A DNA stretch of 64,000 bases from Octopus vulgaris (lineage: Eukaryota): the NCBI GenBank assembly GCA_951406725.2, contig OX597837.1:43152001-43216000 (forward strand), written 5' to 3'. Under the pieces are notes generated by a model. The model was not told where the DNA came from. It worked only from the letters and a program-made list of their open reading frames with translations, and did no database searches. The translations under genes were made by a program, and so were the position numbers. Shown piece after piece: positions 28,255-42,530 of the stretch (position 1 is the stretch's first letter; each line of letters opens with the position of its first letter).

Positions 28255-28490
28255 ATATATTTGTTTTGCAAGACTTTTGATGTGAAATCGTGTTGAAACA
28301 GATTTTGTTGTATTTAGGAATGGTCATTTTGCCAGTTTAGCCAATAAAAACACACGCACTATATATTTGGTGTTACTTTGCTTCAGCGTTATTTATTTTT
28401 TACATTAATCTTAATCTTATTTCGGCCAGAGTTCTTTCGTCACACTCCTGTGACCGCATCAGCGGTCCTTTGCTTTCTTCTTTCTTATTT
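28255..28490. mobile_element. PLE-like fragment with degenerate minus-strand hammerhead
   Basis: Minus 28468-28424: GGACCG-CTGATGC-G-GTCACA-GGAG-TGTGAC-GAAA-GAAC-TC-TGGCC; GGAATGGTCATTTTGCCAGTTTAGCCAATA also occurs inverted near 22055-22086. Confidence 0.5.
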
Positions 28491-29109
28491 GTGTGTCTCT
28501 CCTTACTAACCGTCAGCCATTTTGTATTTCCATTGCATGTGTCTTCATTTGCGCATGCGTATATCTCTATGTGCGTCTATGTTTAGTTAGTGTGTGTGTA
28601 TGTGTGTGGGGGAAATGGCCCCAAATTTTGGGGAAAGGGATTAAGTCGGTTTCATCAATCCCAGTGAGTAATTGGTACTTATTCAATCGACATCGAAAGG
28701 ATGAAAAGCAAAGTCCGACGTGCTAACGATTCTGCTTGCTCGCTGCCTTGATAATAATAATAATAACAACAACAACAACAACAACAACAATTATAATAAT
28801 AATAACAATAATAATAATGCGTAATCGATCTAGGACTGGGGTCACATTAATGAAACCATGTGCGCTCTCCATCGTCTGATGTATTTGGCCTTGTCTTTTA
28901 TTAAAAATCAATATTATCCGAGAAGTGACAGGTGGTTGCGGTTAAGAGGCTGTTGTTGTGGGTGTCGTTAGTAGTGGTGCTGTTGCGATTGTATTGGTAA
29001 TAGTGATTGTAGTAGCTGTTCTTGTTAACGGTGGTGCATATTGCTGCCGTTTTTGTTGTTGTTTGGCGGTGGTGGTGGTTGTGGTGGTTGTGATAGCTCT
29101 CATTAAACT

Positions 29110-29355
29110 GGCACTCCGTCGGTAACGACGACCAGGGTTCCAGCCGACCCGCTCAACGGAACAGCCTTCTCGTGAATTTAACGTGCAAGTGGCTGAGGCT
29201 CCCCCACACACGTGCGTACCCTTCATGTAGTTCTGAAGGAGATTCAGCACTGGATACGACAAGGCTGTCCCTTCGAAGAACAGGTGCAACTTAATTTTGA
29301 CAGCTGAGTGGACTGCAGCAACGTGAAATAGAGTGTCTTGCTCAAGGACATAACG
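29110..29355 (-). mobile_element. SINE B-type, middle M1 + tail T1, head missing
   Basis: GGCACTCCGTCGGTAACGACGA..AACGTGCAAGTGGCTGAG..GTGTCTTGCTCAAGGACA. Confidence 0.85.
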
Positions 29356-29393
29356 TAATAGTATCAGTGGTTAATCGTTAGCGGTAAACTGGC

Positions 29394-30145
29394 AAAGGGA
29401 GGCAATAGGTGGCAAGTGGGGACAACTACCTCTTCAGCATTATTGAATATGATATGAGAGGTAATTTCTACACGAAATGTGAAAAAATAATTATAATTGC
29501 AATTTTGAAAAATTGTTAAAAAAGAAAATTGAAATTGAATATACAAAAGTACAGACAACATCTAAATATATAAACTTGACTACCAGCTCCCTACACATTC
29601 CTTAAAAATTAAAATAAAAACTCAAAATGTGAACCTGAATTGTAACACTTTTACTCAATTTATTGGCCATATATATAGATATTTCTTTAGTTTATTTAAT
29701 TTATATTACATTTTATTGATCAAGGCAAGAGGTGCAAATGAGGGTAGCTACATCAAACTCCATTCTTCACCAAGTGCTACATATTGGAGTGGGCTCTCAG
29801 TAATAACAGTGTAGCAAAACGGCGGTGCATCAGCAGGGCCGCCGTTCTGAGCTGAAACTACAGAAATAAAAAGGATTTTTCCTTTGTCTATGATAATTCA
29901 ATATCGACAAAATGAAGAACTAGTATTATAAATTACACGCAAATGTACAGATAAACATACCTATAGTATATATTATGAACTGAAAGAGAATATTTGTACT
30001 TTTCAATTTTAATTTCCTTTTTCACAATTTTACGAAATTGCAAATATCATTATTTTTTCACATTTCCTGTAGAAATTACTTCTCATCTCATATTCAATAA
30101 TCCTGAGGAGGTAGTTGTCCCACTTGCCACCTATTGCCTCCCTTT
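29394..30145. mobile_element. MITE/foldback with ~155-bp TIRs
   Basis: AAAGGGAGGCAATAGGTGGCAAGTGGGGACAACTACCTC.. mirrored by GAGGTAGTTGTCCCACTTGCCACCTATTGCCTCCCTTT; ORFs 29364- and 29994+ give near-identical peptides for this reason. Confidence 0.9.
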
Positions 30146-30552
30146 ATCCACTCTCTCAAAGAAATCCAAAATGGCGCAATTCCATGCCTAAAGGAATTAT
30201 CACTTCACAATGTCCCATGAAAAGCTGCCTTAAATAGCGAAAACCTCCATAATATATGTATATATATATATATTGTATATAAAGATATGACAACTATGTA
30301 AAATGAAGGCATTTCTCTTCCCCTTTTTATATATTTTCCACATATTTTCACTTTATATATATATATATATATATATAATAAATATTAGGGAATAAATCCA
30401 AATTTACAGGGAAAAAATCAGATTTAGGATTAAATCCAATTTTATAGTAAAATATTATATAATATTATTAGAGACAAAACCACTATTTTGCAAAACAAAC
30501 AAGGAAAGACTTAATCAATACATAAAATTTTAATAAAATGTCAAAAAAACCG

Positions 30553-30595
30553 CCACTACAATTGTTTCTTGTCGTGATCGACAATCTTCAGGTGG
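30553..30595 (-). ncRNA. minimal type I hammerhead ribozyme
   Basis: Exact reverse complement of 30802-30844. Confidence 0.8.
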
Positions 30596-30658
30596 ACTTC
30601 CAATTTTCAAGTCAGTTTCAAATTATGAAGTCATAACACATCCTTCTGATATACATGC

Positions 30659-30690
<32 letters not shown>

Positions 30691-30801
30691 GTATGAATAT
30701 ATGCATATATATATTCATATATATATGTATATATATGCATGTATATCAGAAGGATGTGTTATAATACTTCATAATTTGAAACTGACTTGAAAATTTGAAG
30801 T

Positions 30802-30844
30802 CCACCTGAAGATTGTCGATCACGACAAGAAACAATTGTAGTGG
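30802..30844 (+). ncRNA. minimal type I hammerhead ribozyme
   Basis: Stem I CCAC / CTGAAGA / stem II TTGTCG-ATCA-CGACAA / GAAA / CAATTG / TA / stem I' GTGG; predicted cleavage after GUA at 30840; palindromic stem III ACAATTGT. Confidence 0.8.
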
Positions 30845-30924
30845 CGGGTTTTTTGACATTTTATTAAAATTTTATGTATTGATTAAGTCTTTCCTTGTTT
30901 GTTTTGCAAAATAGTGGTTTTGTC

Positions 30925-30992
<68 letters not shown>

Positions 30993-31344
30993 GTGTGTGT
31001 GTGTGTGTATATATATATGTATATATATATATATGAATATATATATGCATATATTCATACATATATATATTATATATATATATATGTATATATATGCATG
31101 TATATCAGAAGGATGTGTTATAATACTATCCCACATATACAAATACAGCCATATCAACAATCCAACATACCTCCATCATCAGCTGGCCCACGGATATCAT
31201 TATGGTTTCGACACCTACGCAGTACCATTCAATCCGGTGGTGTCAAGAGTACTAAAATAAGTGTTGTTTAGGAACCACAACTTTCAAACACATTTCCCCT
31301 ATGTACAAACGTATCGGCAAATAAATTCAACTTCTAAATACCTA

Positions 31345-31414
<70 letters not shown>

Positions 31415-31664
31415 TACATAGCGTGGTGGTATCTCTTAGATACCCTTAATTATAATTTGAATATATATATGTATGCATATATATATTTTCATACATACAT
31501 ATATATATATTATACGTATACACACACATACACATACACAGACACGCAAATACACACATACACATTTATATATTCTTCACTTCTTTTATAAAAAGAAAGT
31601 AACCTTGAGCCAGTATTCAGTAATTATTAGTAATATTTTTTCTCTTCTTTTTTTTCGTTTTTAG

Positions 31665-31881
31665 ACCTAGAAATGGAAAATCAAATGAAAAAAGTAGAAA
31701 GAATAAAACGCCGAACTAGAATACAGCAGCTCAGACAGTTCAACCTCGCCATTAACTCTCAGCTCTCAGAGGTCACTAAAACAACATCCAGTCATGCAAC
31801 AGAACGGAAACCCCCAACGCGTCCTCAAAATTATCGGCTTTGTTCTTCACCAAAGGAAATCAATATTTGTCTCGAATTAAA
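31665..31881 (+). CDS. candidate internal coding exon: (D)LEMENQMKKVERIKRRTRIQQLRQFNLAINSQLSEVTKTTSSHATERKPPTRPQNYRLCSSPKEINICLEL(K)
   Basis: Long polypyrimidine acceptor TTTTTCTCTTCTTTTTTTTCGTTTTTAG|, open non-repetitive frame, donor AAA|GTCAGT; phase 1 in, phase 2 out. Confidence 0.55.
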
Positions 31882-32076
31882 GTCAGTTATAAGCTGTACA
31901 ACTATGTATGATTATCGATTACAGATGTCGTTTGTTTATACAGCTGTCAACGAGTAAACTGTTTATTGATTTTTAAATTATGTATACTCGTATTTAAACA
32001 CAAAATTACATATATTTGTTATTATATATGTCTGCGCAATATTACATATCTACAAAAGTCACACTTCGCCATATGC

Positions 32077-32140
<64 letters not shown>

Positions 32141-32162
32141 CATACATACATACATACATACA

Positions 32163-32246
<84 letters not shown>

Positions 32247-32587
32247 TGTATGTATGTATGTATATGCAGCAGATGATATACACACACACACACTCATGCA
32301 TATACACGCATACATTCTTATTATTAAACATAAAATGTCATCACCATCCCACATGCTTTTGTATATATATATCTTTATTCATGACAATAGTTATATTTAT
32401 TCATTAACATACGTTATAATATTCACTCATATATTCATAGCTATTGTTTATGGATAAAATATTCCGACAGGATATACACATAAATTATATATATATATTG
32501 TTATGTCTGGGTAAGAGTTATTCTGTTTCGATGCCTTATTAAATAATACACCCATCTGTTGCATTTCTGCTCTTATACTTTTTTTTT

Positions 32588-32943
32588 GGATCTTTACCTA
32601 TAAATCTACAGATTTAAAAATAATTTCTTGTAACTAAACACTTTCAAACTTCGGACACTGGTAGAATGTGTCATTTAAAACATCTTTTACTCTTAGAATT
32701 TATGAGGAAAACGAACGATGTCATAGATAAAAGTGACAAACGAAATATACACCGCCGGAAGCTCTTGTTGACAAACAACGGCAGTAATTTTATTCAGCTG
32801 AATACACGTCGTTGATTGGTTGAAATTACCGAAATACGAGAACTTTAACGTGAAATAACTTCGTAAATATAAGTTTTTCCCAAAAGGTATCAAAGAGTTA
32901 CAAAAATTATTTTTTAAATCTGTCGATCAAAAGTTAGGGATCC
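32588..32943. mobile_element. MITE inserted in a family E repeat
   Basis: GGATC..ACAGATTTAAAAATAATTTCTTGTAACT / AGTTACAAAAATTATTTTTTAAATCTGT..GGATCC TIRs; family E sequence continues on both sides. Confidence 0.75.
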
Positions 32944-32983
32944 TTTTTTTTCTAAAATTTTCGTTGCTTCTTGCAAACTCTTC

Positions 32984-34086
<1,103 letters not shown>

Positions 34087-34093
34087 TTCTGTT

Positions 34094-34150
34094 TGAAACC
34101 GGGAAACCGGCCCTTATGGGCCCCAGGCGTGGCTCGAGAAGAAACAACAA
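34094..34150 (+). mobile_element. isolated SINE tail T2
   Basis: GAAACCGGGAAACCGGCCCTTATG..GGCTCGAGAAGAAACAACAA matches the 3' end of 50237-50520. Confidence 0.75.
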
Positions 34151-34284
34151 AAGCTTCTGGCGTAGAACAGCTGAATGATGAGCAAACAGAAAAGAATTTT
34201 AGATAAATCAAGGCACAGACAGTTACTAAGGACCGATCTGTATGGGTATAATATAAGATATGTTATGCATATCATTACATATCT

Positions 34285-34772
34285 TATGTAATGATATGCA
34301 TAAGATCTGGTCATCAAATCTAAGTAGAGATTTCAAACTTAAAATCTTCGAAGCCAGTCGAACCAATTCTAGAATATGGCTCAGAAACCTGGACGTTATC
34401 AAAGAAGCTTGAGAGGCGGTTGGATGGAACCTACACTCGCCTCCTTATGAGAGCTCAAAATCTCTCGTGGAAGCGCCATCCAACCAAAGTACAAATATAT
34501 GGGAAATTACCACCTGTATCATCTCTTGTGAAAGGTAGAAGAGTCCAGTTTGCTGGACGTTGTTGTAGAGCTGAAGACAAGGTAATTTCTACTCTTCTCC
34601 TCTGGAAGCCATCTGCTCGTGATACCAGAGGGCACACACTCTCCTACCCTGATGTAATCTCCAGGGATACAGGCATCCAGCAACAGGATCTCCGTAATGC
34701 TATGAGACACCGTGAAGTATGGCGTAACATAGTAAATTCCATTGTCTCGACCACGGTCGAATAAAAAGAAGA
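34285..34772 (+). pseudogene. 5'-truncated RTE-clade LINE, ORF C-terminus
   Basis: CNDMHKIWSSNLSRDFKLKIF, frameshift, VEPILEYGSETWTLSKKLERRLDGTYTRLLMRAQNLSW..RRVQFAGRCCR..LLWKP..REVWRNIV*; YG.ETW and RR..FAGH..R-like motifs typical of RTE-type ORFs. Confidence 0.88.
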
Positions 34773-35144
34773 GAATGGAGTATAATCGTCGAAACCCCAT
34801 TTCCCAACTGGGAAGAATCGTATTAAGGGAGTCTAACAGGGGAAAACATTAACTCAATTGGATAACCACGAATGCAATTTTCGTATTCTCCCGCGTTGTC
34901 TTCAATGGCACCAGAAGTGCCAGTAGTTCTATGAATTGTCGATGGCATTAGTTACATGTAAGCCGTAAGACTTGACATGAACATCGTAAAGTGGTTAGCT
35001 ATTTTCACCTAGGATACCTATTTGCAGACTGCCGGAGTTACTGGAACATTCTCTAACACACATCCAACACTAATTGGTAGTGACAACCTTACAACTGATG
35101 TTATCACCATTCAGAATTCCTGTTAAGAAGAAAGGAAACACACA

Positions 35145-35213
<69 letters not shown>

Positions 35214-35352
35214 TATTATGTATATGTGTGTGTATATATATGTATATGTATACATGTGTGTATGTATGTATATATATATGTATATGTGTGTATTTATATG
35301 TATATGCATATGTACACACAAACACATACACACATGAATATATATATGTGGG

Positions 35353-35383
<31 letters not shown>

Positions 35384-36251
35384 ATATATATATACATATG
35401 TTATATACGTATATATATATGAGAGTGTGTTTTTGTAAATATATATGTATATATGTATGTGTGTGTTTTTGTATATACATATGTATATATGAGTGTGTAT
35501 ATATATATATGTACATGTATATATGTCTGTATGTATGTATATATATATATATGTATATGTGTGTATATATATGTATATGCATATGTACACACAAACACAT
35601 GTAGATAGATAGATAGATAGATACTGTATGTACTATGCAGAGGGTTTACAGGTTTTTAAATAGTGTAACGTGATTTTACAACACAAGATCAAACTTCAAA
35701 TGTCTCACCAGCTTATATTTCAAGTTAACAAGTTTGTCTTAATTTGTGTAGATTTGTGTTGAGCTCCGGCAAGCTGGAGTGAAGCTTGGAGCAACTTTTG
35801 AAATGTGAAAAATAGTTGATACATCACAACTAACTAGATAGATCGATTAGATTCAGAAACCTGACACACACATACATATGCGCACTCATATACATACATA
35901 CATACATACATACATACATACATACATACATACATACATACATACATACATACATACATACATACATACATACATACGTACGTACGTACAAACGTACATA
36001 CATACATACATACGGACGTACGTACGTATATACATAGACTCACACAAACATACACACACACTCTCTAACACACACAAGCATACACATATACTATACATAT
36101 TGTTGTATATACTTGTGACATGTAACAGTGTATCTATCTACCTATAGAGACACACACACATACACATGCACACATATATATATATAATATATATATATAC
36201 TGTTGTGTCTGGTGAGAGTCATTCTCTTTTAGTGCCTTATACATATGTAAA

Positions 36252-36325
<74 letters not shown>

Positions 36326-36373
36326 CATATATACATATACATATACATATATATATATATATATACATACGAT

Positions 36374-36415
<42 letters not shown>

Positions 36416-36545
36416 CATGTGTGTATGTATACGTATGCATACACGCATACACTTACACACACATGTATGTATATATATGTGCATATAAAGAAATATATAT
36501 ATATGTGTGTGTATATATATGTGTTTGCGTATATACATATGTGTG

Positions 36546-36576
<31 letters not shown>

Positions 36577-37028
36577 GTACGCATGTATTTATGAAGTTAT
36601 CCTTATCTACGATGGGTTTTACTACCGACGCATAGTTAACTTCTGAATTGTGTTCGACGACAACAAAGATGATTTGACATTCATGGAAAACATCATTTGT
36701 TTTATTGAGTTAACAAATGACAAGAATTCCAAAACTGATTCTCACCGACAAAAGATCTAAGAATACGCTACCGAGTAAAGTTAAGCAGACCACTTAAAAT
36801 GGTGGAATTAGGTTTCTTTGTATTCGTGTTCTTGTGTAGGCTTAATTACAAAAGAAGACAAGACAAAAAGAAATTGTGGGAGGTTGTCTGAAGATTCGGC
36901 GGCCATTGCCAGTTTAGCATACATACATACATACATACGTACATACGTACATACATACATACATACATACATACATACATGCATACATACATACATACAT
37001 ATATATATAAACCCACAGTATGGTAGAA

Positions 37029-37074
<46 letters not shown>

Positions 37075-37087
37075 CATATGTATATAT

Positions 37088-37619
37088 GTGCCTTTCATCT
37101 TTCCGAAATCGATAAAATATGTACCAGTTGCACACTTAGGTCCATATAATCGACTTCCCCCAACCCCGAAATTTCTGACTTGCTGTGCCAGATATTGAAA
37201 CTAATATTTCCTTACGCATGTGTTTTGAGATTTTTGTGCGAATTTATTTACTGAGATCAAATTTCGTCGGGGTCAAATGTGCCTTTCATCGTCCCGAGAT
37301 CGATAAAATATGTACCAGTTGCACACTTGGGTCCATATAATCGACTTCCCCCAACCCCGAAATTCCTGACTTTCTGTGCCAGATTTTGGAACTAGCATTT
37401 CCTTACGCATGTGTTTTGAGATTTTTGTCCGTCTTTATATACTGAGATGAAATTCTGCCGAGGTCGACTGTGCCATTCGTCTTCCCAAGATCGATAAAAT
37501 ATGTACCAGTTGCACACCTGGGTCGATTTAATCGATTTCCCCTAACCCCGAAATTCCTGACTTTCTGTGCCAGATTTTGAAACTAACATTTCCTTACGCA
37601 TGTGTTTTCAGATTTTTGT
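37088..37619 (+). repeat. 191-bp tandem repeat (~2.8 units) derived from SINE family C
   Basis: Unit starts GTGCC at 37088, 37279 and 37470; contains GCCGAGGTCGAC..TCGATAAAATATGTACCAGTTG..TAATCGACTTCCCC. Confidence 0.9.
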
Positions 37620-37976
37620 CATGTTTATGTAATCTAGAAAAGCAAAAACGTTACGAGTTTCTGTGCAACATTTTGCTTCCACTTTCAGAAAAACCATCTT
37701 CGGATCAACGACCTTTATATTAACTCTCACTTCCAAGGGAATGCTTTACTGTCCAGCAAAAGGAAATAATGAAATAATTCACGTAAATAAGAGATAGGTG
37801 AAACATCCAGTAGTGATAGCCTACGCAGATTCTTTGGAATAAATAAATGCAGAAGAGTAAGTCTATTATAAGCATATGTCGGAAATATCTTCCGTATATT
37901 ATCGGCATTTGTAGCATGATGTCGCGGTGAAATCATTGGGCAATATAATTTATATAAGTGATAGTTCTGAAGATAA

Positions 37977-38128
37977 AGGCGTGGCTGTGTGGTAAGAAGC
38001 ATGCTTCCCAAACACATGGTTCTGGGTTCAGTTCCCCTGTGTGGAACTTTCGGCAAGCGACTTCTACTATAGCCTCAGGGCGACGAAAGGCTTGTAGACG
38101 GACGGAAATTAAAAGAAGCTCGTCGTTC

Positions 38129-38161
<33 letters not shown>

Positions 38162-38329
38162 TGTATGTATGTATGTATGTATGTATGTATGTATGTATGT
38201 ATGTATGTATGTATGTATGTATGTATGTATGTATGTATGTATGTATGTATGTATGTATGTATGTATGTATGTATGTATGTATGTATGTATGTATGTATGT
38301 ATGTATGTATGTATGTATGTATGTATGTA

Positions 38330-38366
<37 letters not shown>

Positions 38367-38577
38367 ATGTATGTATGTATGTATGTATGTATGTATGTAT
38401 GTATGTATGTATGTATGTATGTATGTATGTATGTATGTATGTATGTATGTATGTATGTATGTATGTATGTATGTATGTATGTGTGTATGTATGTATGTGT
38501 GTGTGTATATGTATGTATGTATATATATACATATACATATATATATATATATATCCATATCCATATACATATACATT

Positions 38578-38631
<54 letters not shown>

Positions 38632-38725
38632 TGGTGTGCGTGTGTTTGTGTCTGTTTCTCCATCATCACATCCCTGTAACTTAGCGGCTCGGCATAAGAG
38701 TCCGATAGAATAGAAACCAGGCATT
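37977..38725 (+). mobile_element. SINE family A with ~500-bp expanded internal (TATG)n/(TA)n
   Basis: Head GGCGTGGCTGTGTGGTAAGAAGC to AAAGAAGCTCGTCG, microsatellite, then TAACTTAGCGGCTCGGCA..CCGATAGAATA. Confidence 0.85.
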
Positions 38726-38736
38726 ATAGAAGGAAA

Positions 38737-39060
38737 CTGGTACTTAATTTATCGACTTCGAAAGTATGAAAGGTAAAGTCGACCTCAGCAGAATTTGAAC
38801 TCAGAATGTAACGGCATACGAAATACCTATTTCTTTACTACCCACAAGGGGCTAAACACAGAGGGGACAAACAAGGACAGACAAACAGATTAAGTCGATG
38901 ACACCGACCATGTACTCAGCTGGTACTTATTTAATCGACCCCGAAAGGATGAAAGGCAAAGTCGACCTCGGCGGAATTTGAACTCAGAACGTAGCGGCAG
39001 ACAAAATACCGCTAAGCATTTCACCCGGTGTGCTAACGTTTCTGCCAGCTCGTTGCCCTT
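38737..39060 (-). mobile_element. SINE family C, tandem dimer
   Basis: Partial unit joined at AAATACC|TATTTCTTTACTACCCAC to a full unit ending GCCAGCTCGTTGCCCTT. Confidence 0.9.
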
Positions 39061-39288
39061 CAGAGGGAATATTGCGTTCTTCGTCACATAGCCCACACCA
39101 GGTAGAGCTTAATTCCGAGGCGTTGATAAAAATGATAATTGGGAGGATGAAGGATGGATGTACAGATTGTTGTAACGGCGGTGTTTTCAGCTATTTGGCA
39201 AGTATTAATATTTCAACGAATTTCCATTCAGAGACTTTTGATAAATGTATAATATACACCATCAGAATAAACAATAACGCTATAAATG

Positions 39289-39407
<119 letters not shown>

Positions 39408-39817
39408 GTATATATATATGTATATATATATGTATGTGTATATATATGTATATATATATATATATGTATATATATGTATATATATATATGTATATATATA
39501 TATGTGTATATATATATGTATGTATGTATATGAATATATGTATATATATATGTATATATATATATATATGTACATATATATATATATATATGTATATATA
39601 TATGTATGTATGTATGTCTGTATGTATGACTATATATATATATATGTATGTATGTATATATGTACGTGTGTGTGTGTGTTTGTGTGTTCTACATCTATTT
39701 TACAAAGAAGATAACACTCTTCCTATTAACCAGTAAAATACCGAGTCATTATCGAAAAAAAAAACATTTCGAGCTTCTCTGCAAGCGATTTCCTCGTGCG
39801 ATAATGACTTAGGCGAT

Positions 39818-39891
<74 letters not shown>

Positions 39892-40444
39892 ACACGCACA
39901 CACAATACAACCGCTCGCGCGCAAACACAGAAACACCCGAATAAAGAAATAAAGAAATAATTATAATGAATGGCAAAATGCTCCTTATTAAATTAATTCG
40001 GTTTGGAGAATAGGAAAAATGATTATTAATGGTTGTAATTGAATCCCCAGAGAGGATTAGAGAAGAAGCCCGATTACTGTGGCTGTTGTCATTCCAATAA
40101 AGCCCCATTGAGATAATTCAACGTTAACTAGCGCTATGACATAAATATTCTTACGATATACACCAAGAATTTAACAATTCTTGCCTTTGTTTTCCGTTTA
40201 GCAATATTCAATATTTTCTCGTTCAAAATTACAGATATTGAGTGCATTGTAAAGCACTGCGATTTTATTATTATTTCGACCTGGCAGATAATTTATTTTC
40301 AACTAGTTTTTTTGTTTATTTTTTCTTGAGATTTTGTATGGAATCGTTCCTTTGTTGCCTTCACAGTCACCACCGCCACCACCACCACTACCATCGTAGT
40401 GCATCGCCAATCGCAAAATGGTACAATTATAGTGTGTTATCTAT

Positions 40445-40484
<40 letters not shown>

Positions 40485-40552
40485 GCACATATATATATGT
40501 ATCTGAGTGTATATGTAGTATATGTATGTGTCTATATATGTTTGTATATGTG

Positions 40553-40593
<41 letters not shown>

Positions 40594-40853
40594 TCGTTAT
40601 TTTCTTCCTTTTTTGCCATATAGAGGTTACAAATTCTGTTTGTTTGTGGAGACTTTTTATTAGTAGAGGAAACAGTGATCAATTTTGGCTGCTATTTCTA
40701 ATATTTTCGGTATGTGGTTTTGAGCAACTTGCTGCAAATTAACCCTTAATTATAATTATTATAACCCTTACCAAATATGGTCTTTTCCATACCGATAAAT
40801 CTAGTAGGTGAAATTTATTAATTTTATTAAATTAATTATATTCCACCCTTTTT

Positions 40854-40906
<53 letters not shown>

Positions 40907-41057
40907 GTGTGATTAATCTCAAGATTAATCAGCCGAAATTGCGAAGATGATCTGGTTCTTGACTGATGACTGAGGGCTTCGAATGTCCCGTCCTGTGGTT
41001 CTTGTGTCGTCTCTTTGGTGTTTCATGTTCTTGTCCATGTCTGTATTTATTTTTTAC

Positions 41058-41123
<66 letters not shown>

Positions 41124-41124
<1 letters not shown>

Positions 41125-41271
41125 GTGTGGTAAGATGCTTGCTTCCCAGTTACATAGCTCCGTGTTCAGTCCCACTGCGTGGCACCTTCGGCAAGTGTCT
41201 TCAACTGTATCCTCGGGCCGACCAAAGCCTTGTGAGTGGATATGCTAGACGGAAACTGAAAGAAGCCCGTA
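41124..41271 (+). mobile_element. SINE family A, 5' half
   Basis: CTGTGTGGTAAG..CAGTCCCACTGCGTGGCACCTT..GACGGAAACTGAAAGAAGCCCGT. Confidence 0.9.
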
Positions 41272-42160
41272 GTATTTTCAAAAAAATTCCAGATACCATT
41301 CCATTATCAATTCATACCTAATTAGGATAGGTTTTCCAAACACCAAATTCCTTTCACAAGTCATTCCTTCGCATAACAATAAGTTGTACCTAATGAAAAT
41401 AGTAACAGTAATATTATTAACGGTGGAGGCGCGTGGCTTAGTGTTTAGAGTGTCAGCACCATGAATGTAAGATTGTGGTTTCGATTCCTGGACCGGGCGA
41501 CGCGTTGCATTGCGTTCTTGAGCAAAACACTTCATTTCATGTTGCTCCAGTCCACTCAGCTGACAAAAATGAGTAACGCTGCGATGGACTGGCGTCCCAT
41601 CCAGCTGGGGAACACATACGCCACAGAAACCGGGAAACCGAGCCCATGAGCCTGGCTAGGCTTTAAAAGGGCGCATTTATTTATTTTTTAATATTATTAA
41701 CGCTAACCATGCTTTGAATAATAATAACAATAATATTAATATTTCTGATATAAATTCGAATCGTATTCGTTTCCTTAGCAGTAATTCTAAGACTGGAAAC
41801 TCTGTTTATCAATGTAAAATTGCTTCCGGTCCTGATGTCTTTTTCTATATTGGTAGCTCATCGTCTCAGTTGTCGAAAAGAATATCTAACCATTGCTCTA
41901 CATTTAGGCATACCAATAAGCGTAACAATACTGGGCTTAGTAAATTAATTTGGTTTCTAAATGGACATAATGAACAATTCAATTTGGAATGGAAAATTCT
42001 ATCTAGGTCCAACCTATAAGATAAATGTAAATCTTTTTGTCTGTTCTTTAACGAAGAGCAATTTCTCATCCTTTTCTCGCAGAATACTTTTGTAAACACG
42101 TTTAAAGATCCCGTTTATCGTAGTAAACATTGGCAAAACATATTTAGTTCCTATAAGTAA
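41272..42160 (+). pseudogene. Penelope-like element remnant (linker + GIY-YIG endonuclease), interrupted by a SINE
   Basis: FQKNSRYHSIIN..IPSHNNKL, then NSVYQCKI..FYIGSSS..KRISNHCSTF..TGLSKLIWFL..FNLEWKIL..*..FCLFFNEE: VY..YIG, R..H, T.LS..IW.L and W.IL motifs of PLE endonucleases. Confidence 0.85.
41423..41688 (+). mobile_element. SINE B-type (head + M1 + tail T2) with 14-bp TSD
   Basis: TAATATTATTAACG duplicated at 41409-41422 and 41689-41702; TGGCTTAGTG / TTTCGATTCC boxes; (TTTA) tail. Confidence 0.92.
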
Positions 42161-42440
42161 TTTCTACCAATCTATAAAATTCTATCTTTATCTTCTTGCA
42201 TATCATTTCCCCTACATATATCTATTTCTAAGCTTTTAAACTTTATTCTCATTCATCTATCACATTATATTTTTTCCACTCTTAATTTTCTGTTAATTTC
42301 TTTATTTCTCCTCCTTATCTTTCCCTAAATTACCTTTGACCTTAAATCTACAAACGGGTTTTAAAAAAATAAATTGCTAGCATTCATCTTCATCATATGC
42401 GCCTTAATCACATTCGGTTATTGTTGTGTTTTGTTTCTTC

Positions 42441-42530
42441 TTATCTCTGACGAGCTGACTGCATTGTTTTACATCATTTTTGTTCCCTTCGGAATAATCT
42501 CAGTGCTTTTTTCTAAACATATGTTGGAAG
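42441..42530 (+). ncRNA. degenerate hammerhead motif downstream of second PLE ORF
   Basis: CTGACGA-GCTGA...TCAGTGC..(T)AAA-CATATG-TT, palindromic ACATATGT; GAAA box mutated. Confidence 0.35.

Larger units (their letters stand above)
30385..30930. mobile_element. inverted pair of PLE-like terminal repeats
   Basis: About 30465-30660 is the reverse complement of about 30735-30930; (TA)-rich spacer and flanks. Confidence 0.85.

Noticed and set aside
40960-40995. CTGATGA..CGAAT in a repeat abutting (TA)n
   Set aside because: No GAAA box or pairing stems.
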